Part shown: positions 17,246-24,778 of the stretch, one piece after another | Layout of the letters: the number at the start of each line of letters is the position of its first letter | Numbering within the stretch: the first letter of the stretch is position 1 | From: Candidatus Saccharimonadota bacterium | GTDB taxonomy: Bacteria > Patescibacteriota > Saccharimonadia > Saccharimonadales > Saccharimonadaceae | Direction of reading: 5' to 3' | Length of the DNA: 32,000 nt | Assembly (NCBI GenBank): GCA_025349965.1 | Contig: CP075337.1 | Span: 240,001-272,000, forward strand | Notes under the pieces: generated by a model | What the model was told of the DNA's origin: nothing | What the model saw: only the letters and a program-made list of their open reading frames with translations | Database searches by the model: none | Made by a program: the position numbers and the translations under genes

Positions 17246-18004
17246 ATGATGTTTTTGTGGGTTATCGCTGTCATCGTCGCCATCTTTATTTTGAGTGGTT
17301 TGAAGGTTATTAATCAGTATCAGCGCGGGGTTGTGTTGACATTGGGTAAATTTACGGGTGTACGTCAGCCGGGACTACGAGTTGTCGTTCCGATTTTTCA
17401 GCAGATTATTCGTGTTGATGTTCGTTCGACGCCTATCGACGTACCAAAGCAGGAAGTAATTACAAAAGATAACGTAACAGCTGGCGTTGATGCCGTTGTT
17501 TATTTCCGTGTTCTTGACGCACCAAAGGCCGTACTTGAAACGACCAACTACGTATATGCAACAAGTCAGTTTGCACAAGCGGCGCTTCGTGACATTACGG
17601 GTAATTTTGAGCTCGATGAGCTTCTTTCAAAACGTGAAGAGATTAGCGAAAAGATTAAAGAGATTGTTGATACTCAAACTTCACAGTGGGGAATTGATGT
17701 CGAGAATGTAAAGATTCAGAATATTGAGCTCCCCGCAGACATGAAGCGTGCTATGGCGAAGCAGGCAGAAGCAGAGCGTGAACGTCGAAGTAATATTATT
17801 AATGCCGAAGGTGAGCGTGCCGCCGCTGAGACACTTGCAGAGGCTGCGCGTATTATTTCATCCACTCCTGGAGCACTAAACCTGCGTACACTTAACACAA
17901 TCGAGCGTATTAGTACCGAGCCGAGTCAGAAGACGACTATGCTGTTTCCAATTGAATTGATTGATGCAGTCCGCAACATCGGTCAAGGTCTTAATAAGAA
18001 GTAG
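17246..18004 (+). CDS. SPFH/band-7 (stomatin/prohibitin-like) membrane protein
   Basis: An N-terminal TM helix precedes an SPFH core (INQYQRGVVLTLGKF...PGLRVVVPIFQQIIRVDVR) and a coiled-coil AEAERERR region. Confidence 0.9.
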   Translation: MMFLWVIAVIVAIFILSGLKVINQYQRGVVLTLGKFTGVRQPGLRVVVPIFQQIIRVDVRSTPIDVPKQEVITKDNVTAGVDAVVYFRVLDAPKAVLETTNYVYATSQFAQAALRDITGNFELDELLSKREEISEKIKEIVDTQTSQWGIDVENVKIQNIELPADMKRAMAKQAEAERERRSNIINAEGERAAAETLAEAARIISSTPGALNLRTLNTIERISTEPSQKTTMLFPIELIDAVRNIGQGLNKK

Positions 18005-18016
18005 TCAACTTGCCAT

Positions 18017-18051
18017 CTGGAACAGGGGTTGAAAAACTACCCCAGTTCCAG
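18017..18051 (+). terminator. long hairpin after the SPFH gene (no T-tract), directly followed by TACAAT for tRNA-Phe
   Basis: CTGGAACAGGGG (18017-18028) pairs with CCCCAGTTCCAG (18040-18051): 12 bp with one A-A mismatch and an 11-nt loop. TACAAT lies at 18052-18057. Confidence 0.45.
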
Positions 18052-18094
18052 TACAATGAGCAAGTGCTAGCTCAGTCTGGCATGTGTAAAGCGT

Positions 18095-18170
18095 GGCTCT
18101 TTAGCTCAGTTGGTAGAGCAGAGGCCTGAAGAGCCTTGTGTCCCCAGTTCGAGTCTGGGAGGAGCCACCA
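18095..18170 (+). tRNA. tRNA-Phe (anticodon GAA), CCA encoded
   Basis: Acceptor GGCTCTT/AGGAGCC, D-arm GCTC-AGTTGGTA-GAGC, anticodon arm GAGGC-CTGAAGA-GCCTT, T-arm CCCAG-TTCGAGT-CTGGG. Confidence 0.95.
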
Positions 18171-18275
18171 AATACACGCAAGAAGTAAATATATTTTTGT
18201 CAGGTTTTGTGCCTGACTTTTTTGATGAGTGATTACCGTAAGCGCATTATTTCATGGTATGATAGAGCTATATTT

Positions 18276-19580
18276 ATGCGCATATCACTACGACGAAGAA
18301 TCCACAGTCTTTTACTTGTCTTGGCGGCAGGGGTGCTTGTTTTTGCGAATACATCCACTGCGCAAGCGTTGGATACCCAGTTTCATAGCTCTAACGATAT
18401 TCTTTTTTACGGTGAAGAGGGAGGGCTATGCGGGGATAGTAGTGGTACCAGTGGTGGAAGCGCTCCAACTTCGCTAAGAGGCGACTCTGTCCCGGAGAAA
18501 ATTTGGAACTATCTTATTGATAGAGGAATGACCCCGATTGCAGCAGCAGGGATAATGGGAAATATGGAGGCAGAGTCTGCGTTCAATCCATGGGTTACTA
18601 ATGGTATCGGCGCATTTGGACTTGTGCAATGGCTTGGTGGTCGCGCCAATGGAGTAAAAGCAAAGCTGTCAGAGGCTGGAATCACCCCTGCGGATTATAA
18701 CGATGCCAATATAGACAAAGGAATTATGGTGGAACTCGAGTATCTATGGAGCGAAGGTCCACCCAATATTCCCCTCCCGTTTAGTGATATTGCCGCTCAA
18801 TTGAATCGCGAAAAGGAGGTCGGTGGAGACACGTCAATAGATGGTAGCCAGTGGGATTCTTATAAGGCCAATGAGGGCAACGGAAGCGTACTTTATTTTC
18901 ATGCGGCAATAGAACGCTCGAGTAATGAGGGTATTGAAACTCGTATCCAAAGCGGCAAGACTTTTATGGAACAGTTTGGTGGGGCTGGCGGGTCTGGTTC
19001 TGGTGGTGACTGCGGAAGTATCGGCGAGGGTGGTATGACAATCGAGCAGGCGGAAGCTCTTATGAAATGGTGGGTTGCGAATCGGGATGTTACTGTTACA
19101 AAGGCAGACTACTGCAACGGTATCGACAAATATCAGTGCTTCTCATTTTCAAGTTTTGTTCATCACTATATTCTTGGCGCGCAGTGTGTTAACGGTGGTG
19201 CTTATGGCGCGGATGTCATTGCAACCGGATTAATATCTCAGGGATGGAAGAAGGTTACGGAAGATACAATCCAGCCATTTACGGTGACACAGCATCCAAA
19301 CGAGGGTGACGGAGGTGGCAACCCGCATACGTTTGTTGTTCTTGGGATTCAGGGCGGGAAGATAATTGTGGGCGAGAATGACGGCGGCAACTATAATGAT
19401 AACTTTACTAATACGCCAGGGTTTGGCCCTAACGCGAAGGTGTACACGGTTGATAGTATCGCCCATTACAGGGAGATTACAGGCCCCTATGTAGGTGATG
19501 TATTTGCTGCGCCGCCAGATCCAGCGGCAGCTACACAAGCTATGACTAAATTTATGCAAGAAAAAGGCATAGGAGGGTAA
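18276..19580 (+). CDS. secreted two-domain peptidoglycan hydrolase: phage-tail-lysozyme-like N-domain plus CHAP/NlpC-P60-like C-domain
   Basis: Sec signal peptide MRISLRRRIHSLLLVLAAGVLVFANTSTAQA. Motif IAAAGIMGNMEAESAFNP...GAFGLVQWLGGR, a Gly/Ser linker GGAGGSGSGGDCGS, then Cys (YQCFSF), His (NPHTFVVLG) and VGENDGG in CHAP order. I prefer the ATG at 18276 over the track start at 18207. Confidence 0.7.
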   Translation: MRISLRRRIHSLLLVLAAGVLVFANTSTAQALDTQFHSSNDILFYGEEGGLCGDSSGTSGGSAPTSLRGDSVPEKIWNYLIDRGMTPIAAAGIMGNMEAESAFNPWVTNGIGAFGLVQWLGGRANGVKAKLSEAGITPADYNDANIDKGIMVELEYLWSEGPPNIPLPFSDIAAQLNREKEVGGDTSIDGSQWDSYKANEGNGSVLYFHAAIERSSNEGIETRIQSGKTFMEQFGGAGGSGSGGDCGSIGEGGMTIEQAEALMKWWVANRDVTVTKADYCNGIDKYQCFSFSSFVHHYILGAQCVNGGAYGADVIATGLISQGWKKVTEDTIQPFTVTQHPNEGDGGGNPHTFVVLGIQGGKIIVGENDGGNYNDNFTNTPGFGPNAKVYTVDSIAHYREITGPYVGDVFAAPPDPAAATQAMTKFMQEKGIGG

Positions 19581-19581
19581 A

Positions 19582-20346
19582 GTGCAGATTGAAAAAAAAC
19601 GACTAAGAATTCTTATTAGTATTGTAGTAGGTGTAGTTGTATTGATTGTCGCCTCGGTTGCTTACTATGCGTACAATAAAGAAAAAAATCTAGAGTCTGA
19701 ACGAGGTAAGTCGATAAGCCTTTACTATAATATGCTTACGATTGAGAACATCAAGGATTTTCCTTTCAAGGGTGTTGAGGATGATCTAGCCGAAGGTGTA
19801 TTCGGCGTTACGATTGCAAAACATGGGTACGATAAGGACAGTAGGTATACTGGTACAATACGGGACGGTTCTTATTCATCCGACATCAAGTCAAAGTATA
19901 CACAGAAAGAGTTTATTTTCGATGCGCCTTCTGAGAAGAAATCTTGGAAAATTATCGTTTCAATGGTTAATGACAGAATCGGAACGAATGGCGTACTCGC
20001 GCAATGTCTTCCCAGCGAAGAGCTAAAGTACGGCCCATTTGAATGCAAGGCCGCTCGATTTGATGAAGTTGATAGTAGTACCGTCAGTGCGGATCCGCTT
20101 ATTAGTAAACTTCCGCACAAGGCTCCTTACTATACGATTTCCGGTGTTGCAGAGTCAAAGACTGAGACTGGGCTTGCGATTAGAATTATGCTTAATGCAA
20201 ATAGCGACAGTACGAAAAAATTCTTCCTAGGCTATCAAGAGGATGCTCTTTCATGGATACGAGAACAGGGTGTAGACCCCGCTAATTATAAAATTGTTTG
20301 GCGTAATCTCGCCGGAAACGAAGTTCCATACCCAATTACTCAGTAG
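19582..20346 (+). CDS. N-terminally membrane-anchored protein of unknown function, translationally coupled to the hydrolase gene
   Basis: The GTG at 19582 lies 1 nt after the upstream stop, with AGGAGGG at 19571-19577. One TM helix (LRILISIVVGVVVLIVASVAYYAY) precedes a soluble domain of about 220 aa. No motif recognised. Confidence 0.6.
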   Translation: MQIEKKRLRILISIVVGVVVLIVASVAYYAYNKEKNLESERGKSISLYYNMLTIENIKDFPFKGVEDDLAEGVFGVTIAKHGYDKDSRYTGTIRDGSYSSDIKSKYTQKEFIFDAPSEKKSWKIIVSMVNDRIGTNGVLAQCLPSEELKYGPFECKAARFDEVDSSTVSADPLISKLPHKAPYYTISGVAESKTETGLAIRIMLNANSDSTKKFFLGYQEDALSWIREQGVDPANYKIVWRNLAGNEVPYPITQ

Positions 20347-20392
20347 AGAGTCTTGAATAATTATAAACAATTCGCTATAATTTACAGGGTAC

Positions 20393-20468
20393 GCGGGTTT
20401 AGCTCAGTTGTTAGAGCGCTTCCTTGCCATGGAAGAGGCCAGGAGTTAGAGTCTCCTAACCCGCACCA
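20393..20468 (+). tRNA. tRNA-Gly (anticodon GCC), CCA encoded, non-canonical D-loop and T-loop
   Basis: All four stems are perfect: GCGGGTT/AACCCGC, GCTC/GAGC, CTTCC/GGAAG, AGGAG/CTCCT. The anticodon loop is TTGCCAT. The D-loop is AGTTGTTA and the T-loop TTAGAGT, not the usual AGTTGGTA and TTCGART. Confidence 0.9.
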
Positions 20469-20481
20469 AAAATGAATTTTG

Positions 20482-20508
20482 AGACGCTCCGGCGTCTTTT
20501 TTATTTTC
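20482..20508 (+). terminator. rho-independent terminator after tRNA-Gly
   Basis: Stem AGACGC (20482-20487) / GCGTCT (20492-20497) with loop TCCG, followed by TTTTTTATTTT. Confidence 0.8.
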
Positions 20509-20629
20509 CGACTGCAGGTGGTCTATGTTCCAAATGATACACCGACTTTTACCAAACGGGCCGTTCTGGGGTAGAAAGCTTGTGGAGTAGGACGCTTTGG
20601 TTTGATGGAATAAAAAGACTGGTAGTTAG

Positions 20630-21832
20630 CTAGTTGTCTGTTTCGCTCGCATCAGCAGGCTCGACGTTTGGCATCTTTTTAACCAATGCTTCTCGTAGCT
20701 GCGCAGCAAAGTTGAGTTGTGCGATACCTATTCCTTCGTCAAGCTCTTGCTTTGCATCCGCAAAGGTTTCTGTGTAGGCATCAGTGGTTTTTTCGGGCAT
20801 GGTATGAACTGCACCGGGGACGTTATAGATACTACACTGCATATTATTTTCATAAGCATAGCCGCAAATTTTGTATGAAGAAAGCTCGTTGTTTACCATA
20901 TAGTCATAGCCTGGCTCCTCGGTGCCTACGTACAAAATAGTAGGAAGCGGTTTTTTTCCTTTATACTTTTCGGCTATCTCTTTTAGGTTAGACTGAATAT
21001 CCGCGTCTGCAACTGCAAGTGTTTGGTCAACAAGTAGCCAGGTACCCGGTAGTTTTGGCTGCTGGATGTGCCCTGCTGCCTGCAGGGCTGTTTTGCCAAA
21101 ATCTGCAATACGGGTGGTGAAGGGCCCTTCGTCGAAGCGGTCACGCATAAAATAAATTTCACCTATAAGCCGCACAAGGGTAGAATATTTTGCCCCTGGA
21201 ATTGATGAAAGTGTATAAGCGAATTCAACTTCTTTTTGGCGTAGGGGACGCAAGCCATCAATGCCATCAGGGGTTGAGATGGGCGTGAGGCTTCGGATTG
21301 TAATGTCTGGATTATCTGCAATTTCTGTTGCGGTTTCTGTCGATATTGCCCCTCCCGCACTATATCCAACGAAATCGAGCGTCGTTATGTCACGCTCCTC
21401 TGCGAGCGAGATGATCTTTTCCGCGAGTTTTTTAGGGTTTAGTGGTGCGTTTCCATAACTCACCGACCACGACTCGCCATCGAGATTTTGCTTTATGCCG
21501 GGGCCGAATACTTTTGCGATAGGATCGGCGTCGTAGGTTCCAAACCCATTAAAGAAGACGACAGCACTCGAATCATTATTTGAGTCGAGAGGTTTATCAT
21601 AAACCGAGACACTTGCTTCCGCGGAAGCTTGTCGCTCCATGTTTATATTAACATCAAGAGCGTAGGAGCCTAGGGCGGTTGTTGTGGCGAGGAGGAGCGC
21701 TTCTGCGCCCAAGATGCGCCGTCTGCGACGTCGAATCTTTTTATCTGCATAGACTAACGCCTCAGCTTGTGGAATTATTTCATCGCTGGGGGCTGTTTGT
21801 GTTTCTAGTGGGGCTCCGGACTCAAAAGGCAT
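20630..21832 (-). CDS. membrane-anchored/exported alpha/beta-fold hydrolase (GxSxG lipase/esterase type)
   Basis: An Arg-run and TM segment (KKIRRRRRRILGAEALLLATTTALGSYAL) come first. The nucleophile elbow is FVGYSAGG, with candidate Asp (PGYDYMV) and His (GAVHTMP). No closer family recognised. Confidence 0.65.
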   Translation of the reverse strand: MPFESGAPLETQTAPSDEIIPQAEALVYADKKIRRRRRRILGAEALLLATTTALGSYALDVNINMERQASAEASVSVYDKPLDSNNDSSAVVFFNGFGTYDADPIAKVFGPGIKQNLDGESWSVSYGNAPLNPKKLAEKIISLAEERDITTLDFVGYSAGGAISTETATEIADNPDITIRSLTPISTPDGIDGLRPLRQKEVEFAYTLSSIPGAKYSTLVRLIGEIYFMRDRFDEGPFTTRIADFGKTALQAAGHIQQPKLPGTWLLVDQTLAVADADIQSNLKEIAEKYKGKKPLPTILYVGTEEPGYDYMVNNELSSYKICGYAYENNMQCSIYNVPGAVHTMPEKTTDAYTETFADAKQELDEGIGIAQLNFAAQLREALVKKMPNVEPADASETDN

Positions 21833-21881
21833 GCGTTACCCACTAGTATACTCTCTTTGTGTAAAAAGGCGAGGCTACTTG

Positions 21882-23072
21882 TTATTGCCGGTAGGCGCTA
21901 AATGTAATGCGCGTCGTTGTCTCCGATCCATTTCTGAGATATGTAACTGTTGCGCTATCGCCGGGCTTATAGAGACCGATTACGCTTGACAGGCTTCCTT
22001 GTTGGCCGATGATTGCGTCGTCAATTTTTGTAATGATGTCGCCCGACTTTAACCCGGCTGTATCAGCTGGCCCACCCGCGGCAACGGGATTACTCCCTCT
22101 GCTGCCATAGACATATGCACCACGAGTAGTAGGAAGGCTATATTCTCGTGCAATTTCTGGTGTGATGCTGAGATAGTTGACACCTATATAGGCACGGCTG
22201 ACGGTTCCGTTCGTAAGTACACCCTGAAGAATCCCTCTAGTGGCGTTTACTGGAATTGCAAAGCCAATCCCGTTGGCATCAGCTGCTACTGCTGTGTTGA
22301 TGCCGATTACTTGTCCAGAAAGATTGACAAGTGGTCCGCCTGAATTTCCTGGATTGATTGATGCGTCTGTCTGGATAAGGTCGGTGAGTGACTCTGCCTG
22401 GCCATTGCTTCCGCTTGCTGTAACAGGGCGTCCGGTTCCTGAAATAATGCCACTAGTGACGGTATTACTGTATTGACCGAGGGCGTTTCCGATTGCTACA
22501 ACCTGTTGGCCGATGCGCAGTGTTGCGCTGTTGCCAATCTCTGCTGGTGTGAACGTGTCATCCGACTGTATTTTTAGAAAGGCTACATCATTAAGGGGGT
22601 CACTTCCGACTACTTTAACTGAAGTATAGGTAGTGCCCTTGTGGTCAACAATAGATACAGTATTGGAATTTTCGATGACGTGGTTATTTGTCATGATGTA
22701 TCCGTCTTTGCTTACAATAATACCCGTGCCCGCACCCTCGCCTGACGTAGTTCCATAGAATGAGCGTGTCTGGGTCTTGGTTACGATAGATACCACGCTC
22801 GGGCTTACTTTCTCTGCTACATTTGCAATAGAATTTTCGGTGTCGGTGCTGCTTGCGTTGCCGTCATGCGTTGGTAAGTTGAGTGATGAACTACCAATAG
22901 GCGAGCCTGTGAGATGCTTGACAATAACGGCCGCCGAGGCGATAAGCCCAATGGCAACGAGCGCTCCAGCGATGATGAGCGTACTGATAACAAGCGGACT
23001 TTTGGGCGTTTTTATCTTTGTTTCCTGAATCACTTCTGGTGTGATTATTTCGTCTTTTTTCTCTTCGGACAT
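21882..23072 (-). CDS. htrA: HtrA/DegP-family serine protease with C-terminal PDZ domain, N-terminally anchored
   Basis: Catalytic motifs TNNHV (His) and GNSGGPLVN (Ser), with a PDZ-like C-terminus (GLKSGDIITKIDD). The ATG at 23072 follows GGAGAG. The track start at 23084 is a TTG inside the SD. Confidence 0.9.
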   Translation of the reverse strand: MSEEKKDEIITPEVIQETKIKTPKSPLVISTLIIAGALVAIGLIASAAVIVKHLTGSPIGSSSLNLPTHDGNASSTDTENSIANVAEKVSPSVVSIVTKTQTRSFYGTTSGEGAGTGIIVSKDGYIMTNNHVIENSNTVSIVDHKGTTYTSVKVVGSDPLNDVAFLKIQSDDTFTPAEIGNSATLRIGQQVVAIGNALGQYSNTVTSGIISGTGRPVTASGSNGQAESLTDLIQTDASINPGNSGGPLVNLSGQVIGINTAVAADANGIGFAIPVNATRGILQGVLTNGTVSRAYIGVNYLSITPEIAREYSLPTTRGAYVYGSRGSNPVAAGGPADTAGLKSGDIITKIDDAIIGQQGSLSSVIGLYKPGDSATVTYLRNGSETTTRITFSAYRQ

Positions 23073-23177
23073 TGGTCTCTCCAATCAGTAATAAAGGTTA
23101 TGTAAACGTAATTCAAGACTCATTAAACAGCATCTTTTTTAAAAAAAGCTGAGAATTCTATGTAATGCGGAGGCTAA

Positions 23178-24017
23178 TTATTGATTGTAGCGAGTGTGTG
23201 ATGAGTTGTTCGCCGATGAACCGCTATCGATAAGTGATACAAGGCCAACATTCCACGTAATTGCAGTAATAACACCAACAACAATATAGATAGAAAGCAT
23301 ACCGTTTGGAAGGTCGTGCCTATTTATCTTGCGGAGTTCTGGATTTTTACTGCTTGCGATACCCCGGAGGATGAGGGAAATGAGGAATGAAGCACTTGAG
23401 AGGATTGAGAGTGCTGCAACGATCCTAAAGTAGAGTGGGTCGAAGTTTTCAACAACATGGAGCACCCACGGCGTAAGCGCGAGAAGCGTTACGACAACAA
23501 AGCCTACCGAAGTATTCACGGCAATATGCGCAGTACGCTGCGGAAGGCGCAGGCGAAGAAGCGCAGCAACGATGTAAGCACCGCCAATGGCGAGGAAGTA
23601 AAGTCCTACCCAGCGCCAGGCAGTACTTGCTGAAATAATCTCCCATGCACCGAGAGTAGAGGTGACGAGGTTGGCAAAGAGTGCTGCGAAGATAGTGGTT
23701 GAGATAACTGCTTTACCGAGTTGGTTTTTAGTGTCCGCCCACAGAATCGCAAGAAGAAGGAGGCTGTGTGAAAAGAGAATAAAGATGGTTAGGAGTGTTT
23801 TTCCAATAACGGCATTAAACTCTCCAACAAGTAGTGCAATCACGGAGGTGAGTGCTGCAAGTCCGAGGCCTACAATGAGCGTATAGAGGAATGCTACCTT
23901 TAGTTTGCCGAGTCGAGACTCAGTCTCGACGGGATGCTTGTGGAGGGATCGCTGCCCCTTCGGTGTTTCGGGTGCTGTTTTGATTTCTGAGTCTGAATTC
24001 TTCCGAGTGTCTTCCAT
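23178..24017 (-). CDS. polytopic integral membrane protein, unknown function
   Basis: About 279 aa from the ATG at 24017, with AAGGA 7 nt upstream. A charged N-terminus is followed by roughly 7-8 hydrophobic helices. No motif recognised. Confidence 0.6.
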   Translation of the reverse strand: MEDTRKNSDSEIKTAPETPKGQRSLHKHPVETESRLGKLKVAFLYTLIVGLGLAALTSVIALLVGEFNAVIGKTLLTIFILFSHSLLLLAILWADTKNQLGKAVISTTIFAALFANLVTSTLGAWEIISASTAWRWVGLYFLAIGGAYIVAALLRLRLPQRTAHIAVNTSVGFVVVTLLALTPWVLHVVENFDPLYFRIVAALSILSSASFLISLILRGIASSKNPELRKINRHDLPNGMLSIYIVVGVITAITWNVGLVSLIDSGSSANNSSHTRYNQ

Positions 24018-24075
24018 GAGTAATTCCTTATGCTTACCTATTACTATTAATTGTAGCACGAGCAGTGGGTGAGTC

Positions 24076-24084
24076 TGATATACT
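24076..24084 (+). promoter_or_regulatory. extended -10 (TGaTATACT) for the tRNA-Cys/tRNA-Leu/CDS transcript
   Basis: TG at 24076-24077 and TATACT at 24079-24084, 11 nt before the tRNA-Cys 5' end. Confidence 0.5.
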
Positions 24085-24095
24085 GAATAGCGGAT

Positions 24096-24169
24096 GGCGC
24101 GTTGGCGGAGCGGTTACGCAGAGGTCTGCAAAACCTTGAAGACGGGTTCGACTCCCGTACGTGCCTCCA
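24096..24169 (+). tRNA. tRNA-Cys (anticodon GCA), CCA encoded
   Basis: Acceptor GGCGCGT/ACGTGCC with discriminator U, anticodon arm GAGGT-CTGCAAA-ACCTT, T-arm ACGGG-TTCGACT-CCCGT. Confidence 0.95.
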
Positions 24170-24172
24170 TAT

Positions 24173-24260
24173 GCGCGGGTGGTGGAATTGGTAGACACGA
24201 GAGACTTAAAATCTCTTGGCCGAATAGGCCGTGCGGGTTCAAGTCCCGCTCTGCGCACCA
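24173..24260 (+). tRNA. tRNA-Leu (anticodon UAA), long variable arm, CCA encoded
   Basis: It starts 3 nt after tRNA-Cys. Acceptor GCGCGGG/TCTGCGC, anticodon arm AGAGA-CTTAAAA-TCTCT, T-arm GCGGG-TTCAAGT-CCCGC. Confidence 0.95.
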
Positions 24261-24286
24261 GGAATTATTTTCGGAGGAGAAGTGAC

Positions 24287-24682
24287 ATGGAACAGCAGTC
24301 CCCGGTGCAACAACCTAACGTGACTCGTAAAAAACGCCTTACGAAACAACAGGCAGTCACTCTCATTATCTGCGGTGTTGTAGTCGCAATTATCGGTGTG
24401 TTTGTAGCGATTGGGCGCATGCAGGATTCAGCACTTCTCAAGAGTGGGCAGTCTGCAACAGGTACTCCTACGGGAAGCTACTTACAGGTCCGCGAGGGTG
24501 GACGCCGCTCAAAACAGACCGGATACAAGGCGCAATATGAATTTCAAGTAAATGGGCGCGCGTACTTTGTTCATGGTGAAAAGCGCTTCGAATCAAGCGA
24601 AGAGGCTGCGCAGCAAAGAACCGTAACGGTCAAATATCAGGCCAACGATCCTACAAAGGCTATCGTAGAGTCTGGAGAGTAG
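24287..24682 (+). CDS. membrane-anchored small protein, DUF3592-like architecture
   Basis: SD GGAGGAG (24274-24280) precedes the ATG at 24287. One TM helix (VTLIICGVVVAIIGVFVAIG) precedes a beta-rich domain of about 85 aa. The track ORF start at 24161 lies inside the tRNA genes and is rejected. Confidence 0.6.
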   Translation: MEQQSPVQQPNVTRKKRLTKQQAVTLIICGVVVAIIGVFVAIGRMQDSALLKSGQSATGTPTGSYLQVREGGRRSKQTGYKAQYEFQVNGRAYFVHGEKRFESSEEAAQQRTVTVKYQANDPTKAIVESGE

Positions 24683-24695
24683 TGTAGTGGAATAG

Positions 24696-24736
24696 TTCAC
24701 CCAAATACATTACGTAGGTGGGTGAATTTTATTTTC
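24696..24736 (+). terminator. rho-independent terminator
   Basis: Stem TTCACCCA (24696-24703) / TGGGTGAA (24719-24726), followed by TTTTATTTTC. Confidence 0.7.
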
Positions 24737-24741
24737 AGAAA

Positions 24742-24750
24742 TGGTACAAT
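24742..24750 (+). promoter_or_regulatory. extended -10 (TGgTACAAT) for lemA
   Basis: TGG TACAAT at 24742-24750, SD AAGGGAG at 24764-24770, ATG at 24779. Confidence 0.55.
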
Positions 24751-24778
24751 AAGGACATTAAATAAGGGAGTTAAATAG

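Noticed and set aside
18066-18082. A tRNA-like fragment GCTAGCTCAGTCTGGCA about 15-30 nt upstream of tRNA-Phe. It resembles the D-arm TAGCTCAGTTGGTA and could be a remnant of duplication or an integration scar.
   Set aside because: Only about 13 nt are similar and no acceptor, anticodon or T-arm partner is present. Integrative elements usually duplicate tRNA 3' ends, not D-arms. It is most simply part of the pre-tRNA leader.
21700-21760. The RRRRRR run before the TM segment of the alpha/beta hydrolase, considered as a possible twin-arginine (Tat) signal.
   Set aside because: It does not fit the S/T-R-R-x-F-L-K consensus. The hydrophobic stretch is long enough to be a plain signal-anchor obeying the positive-inside rule. 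No Tat genes are visible to support the idea.
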